From the sequence record OR352955.1: DNA of 64,000 nt; one strand, given 5' to 3'. Below, in pieces: positions 18,181 through 26,436 of the stretch. The notes under the pieces are model-generated. The model did no database searches and was not told the origin of the DNA. It saw nothing but the letters and a program-made list of their open reading frames with translations. Position 1 is the stretch's first letter; the number at the start of each line of letters is the position of its first letter. This DNA comes from Escherichia phage AV125. The position numbers were made by a program, and so were the translations under genes.

Positions 18181-18738
18181 ATGGGCCGCGAATATGTGAT
18201 CCAGTCTTGGGTAAAACATGAAGCAGATGATCCGCGCATCATTCCCGATCATCTTATCGATGAATCCACGGGATATAGTGGTGAGCAAATAGGTAACAGA
18301 TTAGCACGTAGTAACGGCAACGTAAAAGCGCGTTATGTGCGCCCTGGCTGGCTGGCAAATGGTAACGCTGATTTATCCAGTGCGGAAGATGCGAGCGACG
18401 GCGCGAAAGATAATCCTTTGTACAAAGTTGATCCAGCTTTTCGTGTCCTGGATGAATACCCCAGCAAGATAGCGGCGCTCGATCAGGCCCTGGAAAGTAA
18501 GCGCATCACCTGGACCGCTTACAACATGGCAAAAAACGTACTTGATAGTAAATTGATTCAAGCTGAAAGAAAATTAGCCAAAATTGCAGCCATAGCCCAG
18601 GAGGAAGACGAGGAGACAACGGAAGAGGAAGAGTACGAAGAGATCCCGCCGTTGTTGTGTGTTGATGCTTTTCCTGATTATCAGCCGACAGAGGAAGAAA
18701 AAAGGATCGCACTAGAAAACTTTGAAAATAGTCTTTGA
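18181..18738 (+). CDS. hypothetical protein (185 aa), acidic C-terminal tail
   Basis: Track ORF 18172 (GTG) shortened to ATG 18181 after AAGGTGG. Confidence 0.5.
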   Translation: MGREYVIQSWVKHEADDPRIIPDHLIDESTGYSGEQIGNRLARSNGNVKARYVRPGWLANGNADLSSAEDASDGAKDNPLYKVDPAFRVLDEYPSKIAALDQALESKRITWTAYNMAKNVLDSKLIQAERKLAKIAAIAQEEDEETTEEEEYEEIPPLLCVDAFPDYQPTEEEKRIALENFENSL

Positions 18739-18791
18739 CATATCGCCGCCACTGGCATAATATTTACCACGTAGGGCGGCAATGGTGCCGC
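18735..18791 (+). promoter_or_regulatory. early promoter + leader stem-loop cassette 4
   Basis: TTGACA 18735; TAATAT 18758; hairpin GGGCGGCAATGGTGCCGC. Confidence 0.55.
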
Positions 18792-18820
18792 TCATAGTGA
18801 AATTATGCAAGAGGCTTACA

Positions 18821-18916
18821 ATGATTAATAAAGAAAATAGCTTGACGGTTGGAACGATTAACGCTATCATTCTAGCCGTTCCATTTTGGGTTGTAGTAGC
18901 GGCTATTATTTTCTAA
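18821..18916 (+). CDS. tiny hydrophobic peptide (31 aa)
   Basis: Own translation MINKENSLTVGTINAIILAVPFWVVVAAIIF after cassette 4. Confidence 0.3.
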   Translation: MINKENSLTVGTINAIILAVPFWVVVAAIIF

Positions 18917-18924
18917 AAATATTC

Positions 18925-18985
18925 TTGACAACGTTTTTTAATCTGATAAGATGTATCACATAGGGCGGCGGAATACTTCCCCGCC
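18925..18985 (+). promoter_or_regulatory. early promoter + leader stem-loop cassette 5
   Basis: TTGACA 18925; TAAGAT 18947; hairpin GGCGGCGGAATACTTCCCCGCC. Confidence 0.55.
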
Positions 18986-19006
18986 AAAACAAAAAAGGGT
19001 AACACA

Positions 19007-19369
19007 ATGAGCAAGCAAATCAATACTATCATGTTTAATCTGGTATCTTTCCGCGATGATATGAAAAATTTACCACGTGAAACGGTTGATATTCATGTTT
19101 CAGCTTATCGCGCCCTTATTGACATGTTACCGCTAAAACGTGATCAACATGCCGCTAATATGATGCTTAATGCTATGCTTAAAAAGATGATTCAAACGGA
19201 TCTTACTCTGGCGTATGAGTATCAAGGGCGCTTATATGCGACTTACAACAAAGCGGTACCTGGTCTGGGAAGTACCGAAGAGTTGCACGGCTTAAACCTG
19301 GATCAAAACACTTGGGATAGTATGCGCCGCGTTATGGTATGGGCCGAAAGCGGTAAAATTTACGAATAA
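19007..19369 (+). CDS. small early protein (120 aa)
   Basis: ORF track. Confidence 0.55.
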   Translation: MSKQINTIMFNLVSFRDDMKNLPRETVDIHVSAYRALIDMLPLKRDQHAANMMLNAMLKKMIQTDLTLAYEYQGRLYATYNKAVPGLGSTEELHGLNLDQNTWDSMRRVMVWAESGKIYE

Positions 19370-19375
19370 AAACGG

Positions 19376-19435
19376 TTGACACTGTTTAAAATGCTGGTAT
19401 AGTTTATCACATAGGGCGGGAAGTGGTTTCCCGCC
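19376..19435 (+). promoter_or_regulatory. early promoter + leader stem-loop cassette 6
   Basis: TTGACA 19376; TATAGT 19398; hairpin GGCGGGAA-gtggt-TTCCCGCC. Confidence 0.55.
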
Positions 19436-19457
19436 AACAATGAAAAAGGTTATCATC

Positions 19458-19823
19458 ATGGCTATTAATATTAATGTTTCCGCTTATGCTACCCTGGCTA
19501 ACACGGCTAAAATTGAATTATCCAGCATTGAGGCGGTGCATATTAGCGCCCGTCGCTGGTTTCAACAGTCCTACGGTAACACGTATTTTTCTTTAATGGT
19601 TGACGTTGAGATCGGCGGTAAACTGATCGAGGTGGTTAACGTTCCGTTTCAATATGGCTATGGTGATCATTTTGATACCGTCGCCCTGGAAGAATTTAGC
19701 AAGGTTATCAACCTTGAGGGCAAGGAATTTTCACGCGGCGCGTATCTTTCCCGTTTTTGCCGTGACAATGGGATCACTGTATACAGTCATGCAAGCGATG
19801 TTAAACGTAAAAAAGATCTATAA
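19458..19823 (+). CDS. small early protein (121 aa)
   Basis: Start moved to ATG 19458, the conserved atcatcATGgc context shared with other cassettes. Confidence 0.5.
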   Translation: MAININVSAYATLANTAKIELSSIEAVHISARRWFQQSYGNTYFSLMVDVEIGGKLIEVVNVPFQYGYGDHFDTVALEEFSKVINLEGKEFSRGAYLSRFCRDNGITVYSHASDVKRKKDL

Positions 19824-19829
19824 AAAGCA

Positions 19830-19888
19830 TTGACAGCACGAATAAAAAGAGTAAACTGTATTACATAGAGAGCGGGAACACTTCCCGC
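19830..19888 (+). promoter_or_regulatory. early promoter + leader stem-loop cassette 7
   Basis: TTGACA 19830; TAAACT 19852; hairpin GCGGGAA-cac-TTCCCGC. Confidence 0.55.
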
Positions 19889-19912
19889 CTCACTGAAAAA
19901 GAGAGAAAAATC

Positions 19913-20152
19913 ATGGCTAAATCTAAAATGTACAACGGTCACAAAAACAAAACTCATTGGAATGTAAGCCTGTGGATTAATAACGATGAGGGATTGTATC
20001 GGTTTGCATTGGGATTGATCAATGAGTGCGGTAATAAAGATCAGGCGGCTGATTTAATGTGCTACCGTTTGAAACAGGATGGAATCACTACAACGCCAGA
20101 CGGCTTTAAGTATAGTAAAACTGCAATCCGCGCCGCTATGGTTGGAATGTAA
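19913..20152 (+). CDS. small early protein (79 aa)
   Basis: ORF track. Confidence 0.5.
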   Translation: MAKSKMYNGHKNKTHWNVSLWINNDEGLYRFALGLINECGNKDQAADLMCYRLKQDGITTTPDGFKYSKTAIRAAMVGM

Positions 20153-20161
20153 TAAAAACAG

Positions 20162-20221
20162 TTGACAACGTTTAAAATTAGTGTAAGATGTATCACATAG
20201 GGCGGGAAGTGGTTTCCCGCC
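20162..20221 (+). promoter_or_regulatory. early promoter + leader stem-loop cassette 8
   Basis: TTGACA 20162; TAAGAT 20184; hairpin GGCGGGAAGTGGTTTCCCGCC. Confidence 0.55.
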
Positions 20222-20243
20222 AACAACAGAGAGATTAAAGATT

Positions 20244-20471
20244 ATGGCTATCAATATTGTTCGTGTATCCGGCACCGTTGGCAGTTCCCAGGTTGTAGCA
20301 GTTGTAACAAACAAAAAGATTAATGATGTATGTGAGATCTTGAATAAGTGGGCTATTGCTAATTTTGGGGAATATGCAAGCGTTGAGTACATCGAATCCT
20401 GCCAGGTGCCGACCATCAGCCTAACCGATCTCAACGTTGATCGCCTGTTATGCCTGGATGAATTAATCTGA
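20244..20471 (+). CDS. small early protein (75 aa)
   Basis: ORF track. Confidence 0.5.
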   Translation: MAINIVRVSGTVGSSQVVAVVTNKKINDVCEILNKWAIANFGEYASVEYIESCQVPTISLTDLNVDRLLCLDELI

Positions 20472-20480
20472 AAAAGATTG

Positions 20481-20536
20481 TTGACACGGGAAAGAAAAAG
20501 AGTAAACTGTATTACGTAGGGCGGCAATAGTGCCGC
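20481..20536 (+). promoter_or_regulatory. early promoter + leader stem-loop cassette 9
   Basis: TTGACA 20481; TAAACT 20503; hairpin GGCGGCA-atag-TGCCGC. Confidence 0.55.
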
Positions 20537-20561
20537 TCACAACAGAAGAGAGATTATCACG

Positions 20562-20777
20562 ATGGCTAATATCCGTACACTGTTAAAAAATGCAAGTCAA
20601 GTTTTATTTTCAGATGACGAGTATTTCAACAAAGACATTACAGGCGTGAAAAATTTAAAAGACGTGAAGGATGTTATCGGTATCCGTGGATCTTTACGTA
20701 AAGGTGATATATACGGTAACAAGGTGCAATATAAACTGTCAAAAGATTATGATTTTACTTTGACAATTATTTCATAA
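20562..20777 (+). CDS. small early protein (71 aa)
   Basis: ORF track. Confidence 0.5.
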   Translation: MANIRTLLKNASQVLFSDDEYFNKDITGVKNLKDVKDVIGIRGSLRKGDIYGNKVQYKLSKDYDFTLTIIS

Positions 20778-20783
20778 AACCGC

Positions 20784-20845
20784 TTGCAATCTTAATAAAA
20801 TAAAGTAAACTGTATTACATCAAGGCGGCGGAATGGTCCACCGCC
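20784..20845 (+). promoter_or_regulatory. early promoter + leader stem-loop cassette 10
   Basis: TTGCAA 20784; TAAACT 20806; hairpin GGCGGCGGAATGGTCCACCGCC. Confidence 0.5.
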
Positions 20846-20869
20846 TAACAAAGAGAAGAGGAAAATATT

Positions 20870-21037
20870 ATGATCACTTTCGCTACCCGTGAAGCCGCTC
20901 GCAACGTTGCCCGTAAAGTTAACGCCGCCAACCTGGGCGCTACACTTAAAGCCCCGGTAAAAGATGCATCAGGCGCGTGGATCTTCCCTGGTCTGCGTCA
21001 CGCTGATAAGCTAGGCACTTTAAGCCTTAAAAAATAA
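20870..21037 (+). CDS. small early protein (55 aa)
   Basis: Own translation MITFATREAARNVARKVNAANLGATLKAPVKDASGAWIFPGLRHADKLGTLSLKK; not in ORF track (below 60 aa). Confidence 0.4.
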   Translation: MITFATREAARNVARKVNAANLGATLKAPVKDASGAWIFPGLRHADKLGTLSLKK

Positions 21038-21040
21038 TCG

Positions 21041-21078
21041 TTGACTTTTCGTTATAGCGCCTTATAATGGGCGCTATA
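21041..21078 (+). promoter_or_regulatory. early promoter cassette 11, variant in which the stem-loop encloses the -10 box
   Basis: TTGACT 21041; TATAAT 21063 lies in loop of TAGCGCC...GGCGCTA hairpin. Confidence 0.45.
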
Positions 21079-21111
21079 GAGAAGAGAAACCACTACTAAC
21101 AAGGAAACATC

Positions 21112-21333
21112 ATGATCACTTTCGCTATTGTCGCCGTTGTCGCTGGTCAGGTTTACGTAAACGAGACATTTACTACAGAAGACAAGGCCGCAGGAGATAT
21201 AACCGCCGTTTACAACGAGTGCAAGGCAGTAGAAAGGATGTTAGCGCCTTGTATGCTAATGAGTGAACGCCAGGACGGGATAACAGTATTTACTAACATT
21301 GAAACAGGGTACCAAATGGTAGTAACAAAATAA
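21112..21333 (+). CDS. small early protein (73 aa)
   Basis: ORF track; N-terminus MITFA shared with 20870 ORF. Confidence 0.5.
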   Translation: MITFAIVAVVAGQVYVNETFTTEDKAAGDITAVYNECKAVERMLAPCMLMSERQDGITVFTNIETGYQMVVTK

Positions 21334-21336
21334 AGC

Positions 21337-21393
21337 TTGACACGGATTTAATTTTCAGTAAACTGTTACACGTAGGGCGGGAATAGTTCCCGC
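21337..21393 (+). promoter_or_regulatory. early promoter + leader stem-loop cassette 12
   Basis: TTGACA 21337; TAAACT 21359; hairpin GCGGGAATAGTTCCCGC. Confidence 0.55.
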
Positions 21394-21412
21394 TCAAAAA
21401 GAGAGAAAGACC

Positions 21413-21766
21413 ATGAAAGCACAAAATGCAATTAAAGAGTACATCCTTGCCGCTATCGATTTTAATGATTACGGTATTACAACCGAAAAAGAGAAGATCG
21501 CGGAATTGATGCGCCGTTTTAATTCCGAGTACTGGTACCCTGATAACCAATCACGTTTTAATTATAGTATTGTTAAAGCACTTGCATCATGGTTACAAGG
21601 TTTGCCATCAGATATCAATATCGCTTTCGAATATTGGGAAATTGATCGCCTGTTAACATCCTGGGGATACATTAAAGAGAATAGCCGCGATGATAAAATC
21701 CAACGAGAAAGGGAAAATTATTGGCTTTATATTGCAGGCGTGATCCTTGCTTGCTCTTATGAATGA
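21413..21766 (+). CDS. small early protein (117 aa)
   Basis: ORF track. Confidence 0.55.
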   Translation: MKAQNAIKEYILAAIDFNDYGITTEKEKIAELMRRFNSEYWYPDNQSRFNYSIVKALASWLQGLPSDINIAFEYWEIDRLLTSWGYIKENSRDDKIQRERENYWLYIAGVILACSYE

Positions 21767-21772
21767 TAAACC

Positions 21773-21826
21773 TTGACAATTTTACAAAACAGTTTAAATT
21801 AACAATATAGCGGCAATGGTGCCGCT
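21773..21826 (+). promoter_or_regulatory. early promoter + leader stem-loop cassette 13
   Basis: TTGACA 21773; TAAATT near 21795; hairpin GCGGCAATGGTGCCGC. Confidence 0.5.
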
Positions 21827-21845
21827 CATATGAAGAGGAAACAAA

Positions 21846-21992
21846 ATGAATACATCTAATCGCGCAGAAAAAATTCAATCTTCCAAGATCCGCAAGGCCT
21901 GGAACGAGGAAGTGATCCGCAAAGGCGACAAGCGTAATAAAACAAAGCGCGGGAAGAGTGACAAATATAATTGGATGGATTTAGAGGATTAA
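21846..21992 (+). CDS. small basic protein (48 aa)
   Basis: Own translation MNTSNRAEKIQSSKIRKAWNEEVIRKGDKRNKTKRGKSDKYNWMDLED. Confidence 0.35.
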   Translation: MNTSNRAEKIQSSKIRKAWNEEVIRKGDKRNKTKRGKSDKYNWMDLED

Positions 21993-22000
21993 CATAACAA

Positions 22001-22026
22001 GGGCGCATCAAGCGCCCTTTCTTTTT
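22001..22026 (+). terminator. intrinsic terminator (copy 1 of a repeated terminator)
   Basis: GGGCGC-atcaa-GCGCCC then TTTCTTTTT; identical hairpin at 26912. Confidence 0.65.
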
Positions 22027-22047
22027 ACATGTAGAGGATAAACAAAA

Positions 22048-22233
22048 ATGACTTTAAACGAGCTTAAAACAGCCTACAACGCAACATTAAAAATAGCTGT
22101 GCGTTACCGTGATGCGTACGGTTTTATCGCGCAGGGCGTGATCCTGGGCTTTTCTGACGATGGTTTGATCTATGTTGATGCACATCACAACAAGGTTAAA
22201 CCGGAAAACGTTATCAATATAAAATATCTTTAA
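22048..22233 (+). CDS. small early protein (61 aa)
   Basis: ORF track. Confidence 0.45.
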   Translation: MTLNELKTAYNATLKIAVRYRDAYGFIAQGVILGFSDDGLIYVDAHHNKVKPENVINIKYL

Positions 22234-22239
22234 AAGTGG

Positions 22240-22298
22240 TTGACACCATAACCGGACCTGTTAAACTGTATTACATCAGGCGGGGAATAGTTCCCCAC
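22240..22298 (+). promoter_or_regulatory. early promoter + leader stem-loop cassette 14
   Basis: TTGACA 22240; TAAACT 22262; hairpin GGGGAA-tag-TTCCCC. Confidence 0.55.
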
Positions 22299-22318
22299 CA
22301 TACAAAAAGGTAAATATT

Positions 22319-22525
22319 ATGATCACCGCAAAACAAGAAAAAATCATTATCGACGTTGCAGCCGTTGCCGCTATTGCTATTATTGGATCTTATTATGATA
22401 CCCGTTTCCCGTCGGCTATGCATGAGATCGCCGCCGTTGCATCAGTTGGCGTGCTGTTTTACGTTGGTAAACGCTATTTATCACCAATGATTAACAAGCT
22501 GACACCGTGGAAAAATAAAGGTTGA
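22319..22525 (+). CDS. small membrane protein (68 aa)
   Basis: ORF track; hydrophobic IIIDVAAVAAIAIIGSYY. Confidence 0.5.
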   Translation: MITAKQEKIIIDVAAVAAIAIIGSYYDTRFPSAMHEIAAVASVGVLFYVGKRYLSPMINKLTPWKNKG

Positions 22526-22576
22526 TCCTGTTTTACATTGTGTTATAGTTATCGTGTAGGGCGGCAATGGTGCCGC
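22522..22576 (+). promoter_or_regulatory. early promoter + leader stem-loop cassette 15
   Basis: TTGATC 22522; TATAGT 22544; hairpin GGCGGCAATGGTGCCGC. Confidence 0.5.
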
Positions 22577-22596
22577 GCCCCTTTGAGGATGCAATC

Positions 22597-22881
22597 ATGA
22601 GTAAAGCTAACACCGTGCTAATGTTTTCCCTGATTAATGATCTCGCTTACTTGTCCAACATGACGCAGGAGGGTAACACATTAACGGCAACATTCACCAA
22701 TAAGCTTGACCGAGTGATCATCATCTCACTGAAAACAGTTAGTAAAGGCTTTTACTCGTTAGCTTATCATTGGATCACCGATACCGATGAGACAAGCCAG
22801 GACTATAGCGCCCCTTTTCCTGAATCAATGGCACGGGAGATCATCGCCGCCGTTGTAAATGATGGTTTGTTTACTGCATAA
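22597..22881 (+). CDS. small early protein (94 aa)
   Basis: Start moved to ATG 22597 after GAGGATG; track start 22567 lies in the hairpin loop. Confidence 0.5.
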   Translation: MSKANTVLMFSLINDLAYLSNMTQEGNTLTATFTNKLDRVIIISLKTVSKGFYSLAYHWITDTDETSQDYSAPFPESMAREIIAAVVNDGLFTA

Positions 22882-22898
22882 ATAATTTAGAAAAAGGC

Positions 22899-22955
22899 TT
22901 GCAATCATTTTGAGATAGTGTATATTTAATTCATAGGGCGGCGGGAATAGTTCCC
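22899..22955 (+). promoter_or_regulatory. early promoter + leader stem-loop cassette 16
   Basis: TTGCAA 22899; TATATT 22921; hairpin GGGAA-tag-TTCCC. Confidence 0.5.
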
Positions 22956-22978
22956 AAAGCAAATGAGAGGATTACACG

Positions 22979-23098
22979 ATGAGCAAGTACACAGTAGAAT
23001 ACACGGTAGAAAATCCGGCAGTATCCGAAGGTAAAAAGATGACATTTGCCATCAGTATAATCGCTTTCGTTGTCACTATCTTATCAATCATCTTATAA
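22979..23098 (+). CDS. tiny membrane peptide (39 aa)
   Basis: Own translation MSKYTVEYTVENPAVSEGKKMTFAISIIAFVVTILSIIL after GAGAGGA. Confidence 0.35.
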   Translation: MSKYTVEYTVENPAVSEGKKMTFAISIIAFVVTILSIIL

Positions 23099-23108
23099 GG
23101 TGCACACC

Positions 23109-23270
23109 ATGAAAATAGCAGACATTATCAAAGAGATCGCCCTTGCCGCTGGCGTTGAGGTCGAGGAAGTGATCGCGCTCAATCTTACAGAAAACGATCT
23201 GCGCAACTATGAAGCGGAAAGCGTGAAAGCAAGCGGCGCGGTCCTGGTATATGATCCGGCTAACAAGTAA
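23109..23270 (+). CDS. small early protein (53 aa)
   Basis: Start at ATG 23109; track start 23070 would lie inside the preceding peptide gene. Confidence 0.4.
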   Translation: MKIADIIKEIALAAGVEVEEVIALNLTENDLRNYEAESVKASGAVLVYDPANK

Positions 23271-23390
23271 GGGGATAACATGAATCCGAAAGATATGCAA
23301 GCATGGAAAGGGTACGACGATCTAAGCGCCTTGCGCAATAAGTCAAGCCGTAACCTTAGACGGTTGGAAGCAAAGAAAAAGAAAAAATAG

Positions 23391-23446
23391 TTTGACAAGT
23401 CCGCGTAGTCTGGTAATATGTATCTTGTAGGGCGGCAATGGTGCCG
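23391..23446 (+). promoter_or_regulatory. early promoter + leader stem-loop cassette 17
   Basis: TTGACA 23391; TAATAT 23413; hairpin GGGCGGCAATGGTGCCGC. Confidence 0.55.
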
Positions 23447-23468
23447 CTCACAAGAAGAGAGAAAAATC

Positions 23469-23753
23469 ATGAAAATCACAAAAAGCCTGACTAATTATGC
23501 AGCACGTCGCGGATTATGTTTAACTGTTGAAAACTTAGGGAAAGAAGACTTTTTGTGTTTTTGGGAGCTTGAAAATGATTGCGAGTGGATGTTTTCTTAT
23601 TCTATCTGCGAAGATCAAAACGGTTGTTTGTTAACTTGGCGCGGTAATATCTATTTACCGGAAGAAATTAAAGAAGAGTTACCAGGTACGATCATGACAG
23701 AGAGACAGCTTAAGGAAGTGATCAATTTTGTAGGGCAAAACATTAAAAAATAA
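23469..23753 (+). CDS. small early protein (94 aa), cysteine/tryptophan-rich
   Basis: Start moved to ATG 23469; track start 23418 lies in the hairpin loop. Confidence 0.5.
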   Translation: MKITKSLTNYAARRGLCLTVENLGKEDFLCFWELENDCEWMFSYSICEDQNGCLLTWRGNIYLPEEIKEELPGTIMTERQLKEVINFVGQNIKK

Positions 23754-23754
23754 T

Positions 23755-23816
23755 TTGACAACAGGCAAACAACGTAGTAAAGTTTATTACATAGAGCGGC
23801 GGAATGGTCCACCGCT
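23755..23816 (+). promoter_or_regulatory. early promoter + leader stem-loop cassette 18
   Basis: TTGACA 23755; TAAAGT 23778; hairpin GCGGCGGAATGGTCCACCGC. Confidence 0.55.
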
Positions 23817-23838
23817 CACAACAGAAGAGAAACAAATC

Positions 23839-24009
23839 ATGATCCCGACTATGTTTTATGTATCGCGCAAAGGTCACAATATTTTTTGGTCTGAAGATTT
23901 AAATGAAGCTATGACGTTTGCCCGTGATCGTGTTGCTATCGGTGGCGTTAACATCACCGTAACCGATGAAAATGGCATTGAATACTATAACGGCAACGAT
24001 GAAGAATAA
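23839..24009 (+). CDS. small early protein (56 aa)
   Basis: Start ATG 23839 (MIPTMFYVSRKGHNIFW...); track start 23755 lies in promoter. Confidence 0.45.
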   Translation: MIPTMFYVSRKGHNIFWSEDLNEAMTFARDRVAIGGVNITVTDENGIEYYNGNDEE

Positions 24010-24015
24010 TTAATG

Positions 24016-24038
24016 AGGCGGGGGAGTATTCCCCGCCG
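24016..24038 (+). promoter_or_regulatory. intercistronic leader stem-loop with no promoter upstream
   Basis: GGCGGGGGA-gtat-TCCCCGCC immediately before RBS of 24057 gene. Confidence 0.5.
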
Positions 24039-24056
24039 TCAATAAAGAGGTAAATC

Positions 24057-24326
24057 ATGAAAATATCATTGGACGTTGCAATCAAGGCCATCGAATCCGG
24101 TTACATCCTGGTAAAAGATGATAAGGCTAAAACCGTGCACCACGTTAACAAAGAAACAGGCGAAAGCATGATCACATATAAAGCCGCCTACTTTCTCCAA
24201 TCAGTAGCAGATCCGCGCGTACAACGCCAGGTTACAGCGGCTATTGCTAAAAAATTATGTGCTTTACAGGGTATAAGTTTTAACGAGATCGCCCCGTGTT
24301 TTGACTGGTCGAGCTTGAAAAAATAG
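24057..24326 (+). CDS. small early protein (89 aa)
   Basis: ORF track. Confidence 0.5.
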   Translation: MKISLDVAIKAIESGYILVKDDKAKTVHHVNKETGESMITYKAAYFLQSVADPRVQRQVTAAIAKKLCALQGISFNEIAPCFDWSSLKK

Positions 24327-24327
24327 T

Positions 24328-24389
24328 TTGACAACAATTATAAATCGGGTAGAATGTATTTCGTAGGGCGGGGCAATAAGGCAACGCCC
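24328..24389 (+). promoter_or_regulatory. early promoter + variant leader stem-loop cassette 19
   Basis: TTGACA 24328; TAGAAT 24350; hairpin GGGCG...CGCCC. Confidence 0.5.
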
Positions 24390-24407
24390 ATTAATGAGGG
24401 TAGAATC

Positions 24408-24512
24408 ATGTTAGAGAAAATTTTCACGGTTGTAATAGTGGGCCTGGCGTTATCGGTTGGAGGGGTTGCAACTATGGCTAACATGATCCTATCTTCCCAC
24501 GGTATCGGCTAA
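24408..24512 (+). CDS. tiny membrane peptide (34 aa)
   Basis: Own translation MLEKIFTVVIVGLALSVGGVATMANMILSSHGIG. Confidence 0.3.
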   Translation: MLEKIFTVVIVGLALSVGGVATMANMILSSHGIG

Positions 24513-24522
24513 GGTGAAACAA

Positions 24523-24738
24523 ATGATCACGAATAAGACAGGTAAAACGGAATTTTTACGCGGCTTGCAAGTTGGTAAACCTGAGATCTGGCATTGTACT
24601 AAATCCGCGCATAATGAAATGAAAGATTTTACCGCTACTTTACAACGTGTTAAAATATCTATCACACAGAAAAAAGCCTTGTTAGTAGTAGAAAACGAGA
24701 TCCCGCAAACTATTATTATTGTCGAGCGTACAGCATGA
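24523..24738 (+). CDS. small early protein (71 aa)
   Basis: Track ORF 24514 (GTG) shortened to ATG 24523 after AAGGTG. Confidence 0.45.
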   Translation: MITNKTGKTEFLRGLQVGKPEIWHCTKSAHNEMKDFTATLQRVKISITQKKALLVVENEIPQTIIIVERTA

Positions 24739-25121
24739 AAACAGAAATCATTATTGAAATCATCAACGGTTATAAAGAAGCCTTTATTTTTGCTGAATCA
24801 GCAAGGGATCATGAAGGTAATTTTATTGAAAACTTAGACGATTATGATTTTTCTCCTAGCGCGGACGAACGGATCGCCCAGGATGTAACAGCCTTTATTA
24901 ATGCTAATCTTGCCGCTATCTCTGAGGCAATGAGCGACGGCGCAACAGCCAACCAGATCGGGAATGATTTACATTTTACCCGTAACGGTCACGGCGTAGG
25001 CTTTTGGGATCGCCCTGAAATATACACCACTAACACGGCGAACCGCCTAACCAATGCAGCTAAGTTTATGCCGAACGTGTCGGCTTACATTGGTGAAGAT
25101 AATTTGATTTATATTGAATAA
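24735..25121 (+). CDS. small early protein (128 aa)
   Basis: ATGA overlap with upstream gene. Confidence 0.55.
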   Translation: MKTEIIIEIINGYKEAFIFAESARDHEGNFIENLDDYDFSPSADERIAQDVTAFINANLAAISEAMSDGATANQIGNDLHFTRNGHGVGFWDRPEIYTTNTANRLTNAAKFMPNVSAYIGEDNLIYIE

Positions 25122-25127
25122 AAAGTA

Positions 25128-25183
25128 TTGACACAGATCGCCAGTGTGCTAATATTTACCACGTAGGGCGGCAATGGTGCCGC
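25128..25183 (+). promoter_or_regulatory. early promoter + leader stem-loop cassette 20
   Basis: TTGACA 25128; TAATAT 25150; hairpin GGGCGGCAATGGTGCCGCC. Confidence 0.55.
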
Positions 25184-25202
25184 CGATAATGAGGAAAGTA
25201 AA

Positions 25203-25502
25203 ATGGAAACTATCGCTATTGTTACCGTAGAAAAACTGGTTGTTGGTGATGTATTCGCGTTAATGGTGCCTAACAGCAGCAAGCTGGGCGCTTATGAAGT
25301 AATGGATCATAAAAATGAATCATTTGGCGACGGTTGCACAATGGCGGTAAAATCTTTAAAGGATGGAATCATCCGCCAGGCTAACTGGCACAAAGGGAAT
25401 CAAGTCGGTTTAATATCAGCTAATTTCTTGCCAGAAGAGCAAACGTTAGACCAACTATCAGGCGGTAAGACGTTAGCCGAACTACTGGAAACAGCGATCT
25501 AA
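25203..25502 (+). CDS. small early protein (99 aa)
   Basis: ORF track. Confidence 0.55.
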   Translation: METIAIVTVEKLVVGDVFALMVPNSSKLGAYEVMDHKNESFGDGCTMAVKSLKDGIIRQANWHKGNQVGLISANFLPEEQTLDQLSGGKTLAELLETAI

Positions 25503-25510
25503 TCAACAAA

Positions 25511-25526
25511 GGGGCGGCAACGCCCC
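25511..25526 (+). promoter_or_regulatory. intercistronic GNRA-type stem-loop
   Basis: GGGGCG-gcaa-CGCCCC, no T-run; precedes RBS of 25547 gene. Confidence 0.45.
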
Positions 25527-25546
25527 ACATCAGAAAGGAAAAGATT

Positions 25547-25783
25547 ATGAGTATTGCAACAGTATTAAACGCCGTTAAAACCGCTGAATCATCCGGCTTG
25601 CATGTTGAGCTTATAGATCAACCAGGTGGCGATCTCCTTGTCCAGGTTTACCCGCCGAAAGTAGGGGATGATTATTATTGGGCTTATTCTGATACGTTCG
25701 AACAAGTAGACACGAAAGCGATCACGGCTTTTATTTTAAAAGCTATTGAAGAAAATAACTTTCATCATAACATCAATCAATAA
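25547..25783 (+). CDS. small early protein (78 aa)
   Basis: ORF track. Confidence 0.5.
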   Translation: MSIATVLNAVKTAESSGLHVELIDQPGGDLLVQVYPPKVGDDYYWAYSDTFEQVDTKAITAFILKAIEENNFHHNINQ

Positions 25784-25792
25784 ACCATAAGC

Positions 25793-25808
25793 GGGGCGGT
25801 AACGCCCC
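25793..25808 (+). promoter_or_regulatory. intercistronic GNRA-type stem-loop
   Basis: GGGGCG-gtaa-CGCCCC, no T-run; precedes 25838 gene. Confidence 0.45.
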
Positions 25809-25837
25809 ATTAAACGCAATAGGAAGAGGATAGACGC

Positions 25838-26128
25838 ATGAAAAAGATGATCGCAGTAGTTGCCCTGGTTGTTGGTATTAACGCGCCTGTACTGGCTAAT
25901 GAGTTGCCAGAATCCATCACGCTAACCGATATCAACGCAATAAACCGGATCGGCGTTAATTATCGCCTATGCCTTGCCGCTAAAACTTTCCAGGACGGCA
26001 CGACAGAATACCACGGATTCGAGGGTATCCGCTGCGGTGAGCTTGCACGCGACCTTAAGGAAGATCCAGACCTTGAGGCCATACCGATGACCGTAAACGG
26101 TAAAGCTTACGTAAACCGCCAACAATGA
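25838..26128 (+). CDS. predicted secreted protein (96 aa)
   Basis: Signal-peptide-like MKKMIAVVALVVGINAPVLA. Confidence 0.55.
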   Translation: MKKMIAVVALVVGINAPVLANELPESITLTDINAINRIGVNYRLCLAAKTFQDGTTEYHGFEGIRCGELARDLKEDPDLEAIPMTVNGKAYVNRQQ

Positions 26129-26259
26129 GAAAGGTAATCATCACAATGGGGATCATAGTAGCGACACTGGCGCTTATCCCCTTCATGGTTGAATATGTGC
26201 TGATCAGTGTTGTCCTGGTAGTCAGTGACCTATTGGAAACGGTTGGCAACTGGTTTTAA
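26125..26259 (+). CDS. tiny membrane peptide (44 aa)
   Basis: Own translation MRKVIITMGIIVATLALIPFMVEYVLISVVLVVSDLLETVGNWF; ATGA overlap. Confidence 0.35.
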   Translation: MRKVIITMGIIVATLALIPFMVEYVLISVVLVVSDLLETVGNWF

Positions 26260-26436
26260 AAATAAGAAAAACAGGACTTGTTTTTGTTCTGTTTTTTGTT
26301 ATACTTATTGAACGGGCGGCACCTGGAAGCAGGGGAAGATAATCACCGGAAGACCCCGCTATATATTGATAACTAACGCCTATCAAACAACAAAACATCA
26401 AAGGAATAAACTATCAAATCTTTACAATTCTACCTA

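Noticed and set aside
23280-23430. 53 aa ORF starting at ATG 23280
   Set aside because: Reads through the cassette-17 promoter and into the hairpin before stopping; overlap with regulatory DNA makes it doubtful.
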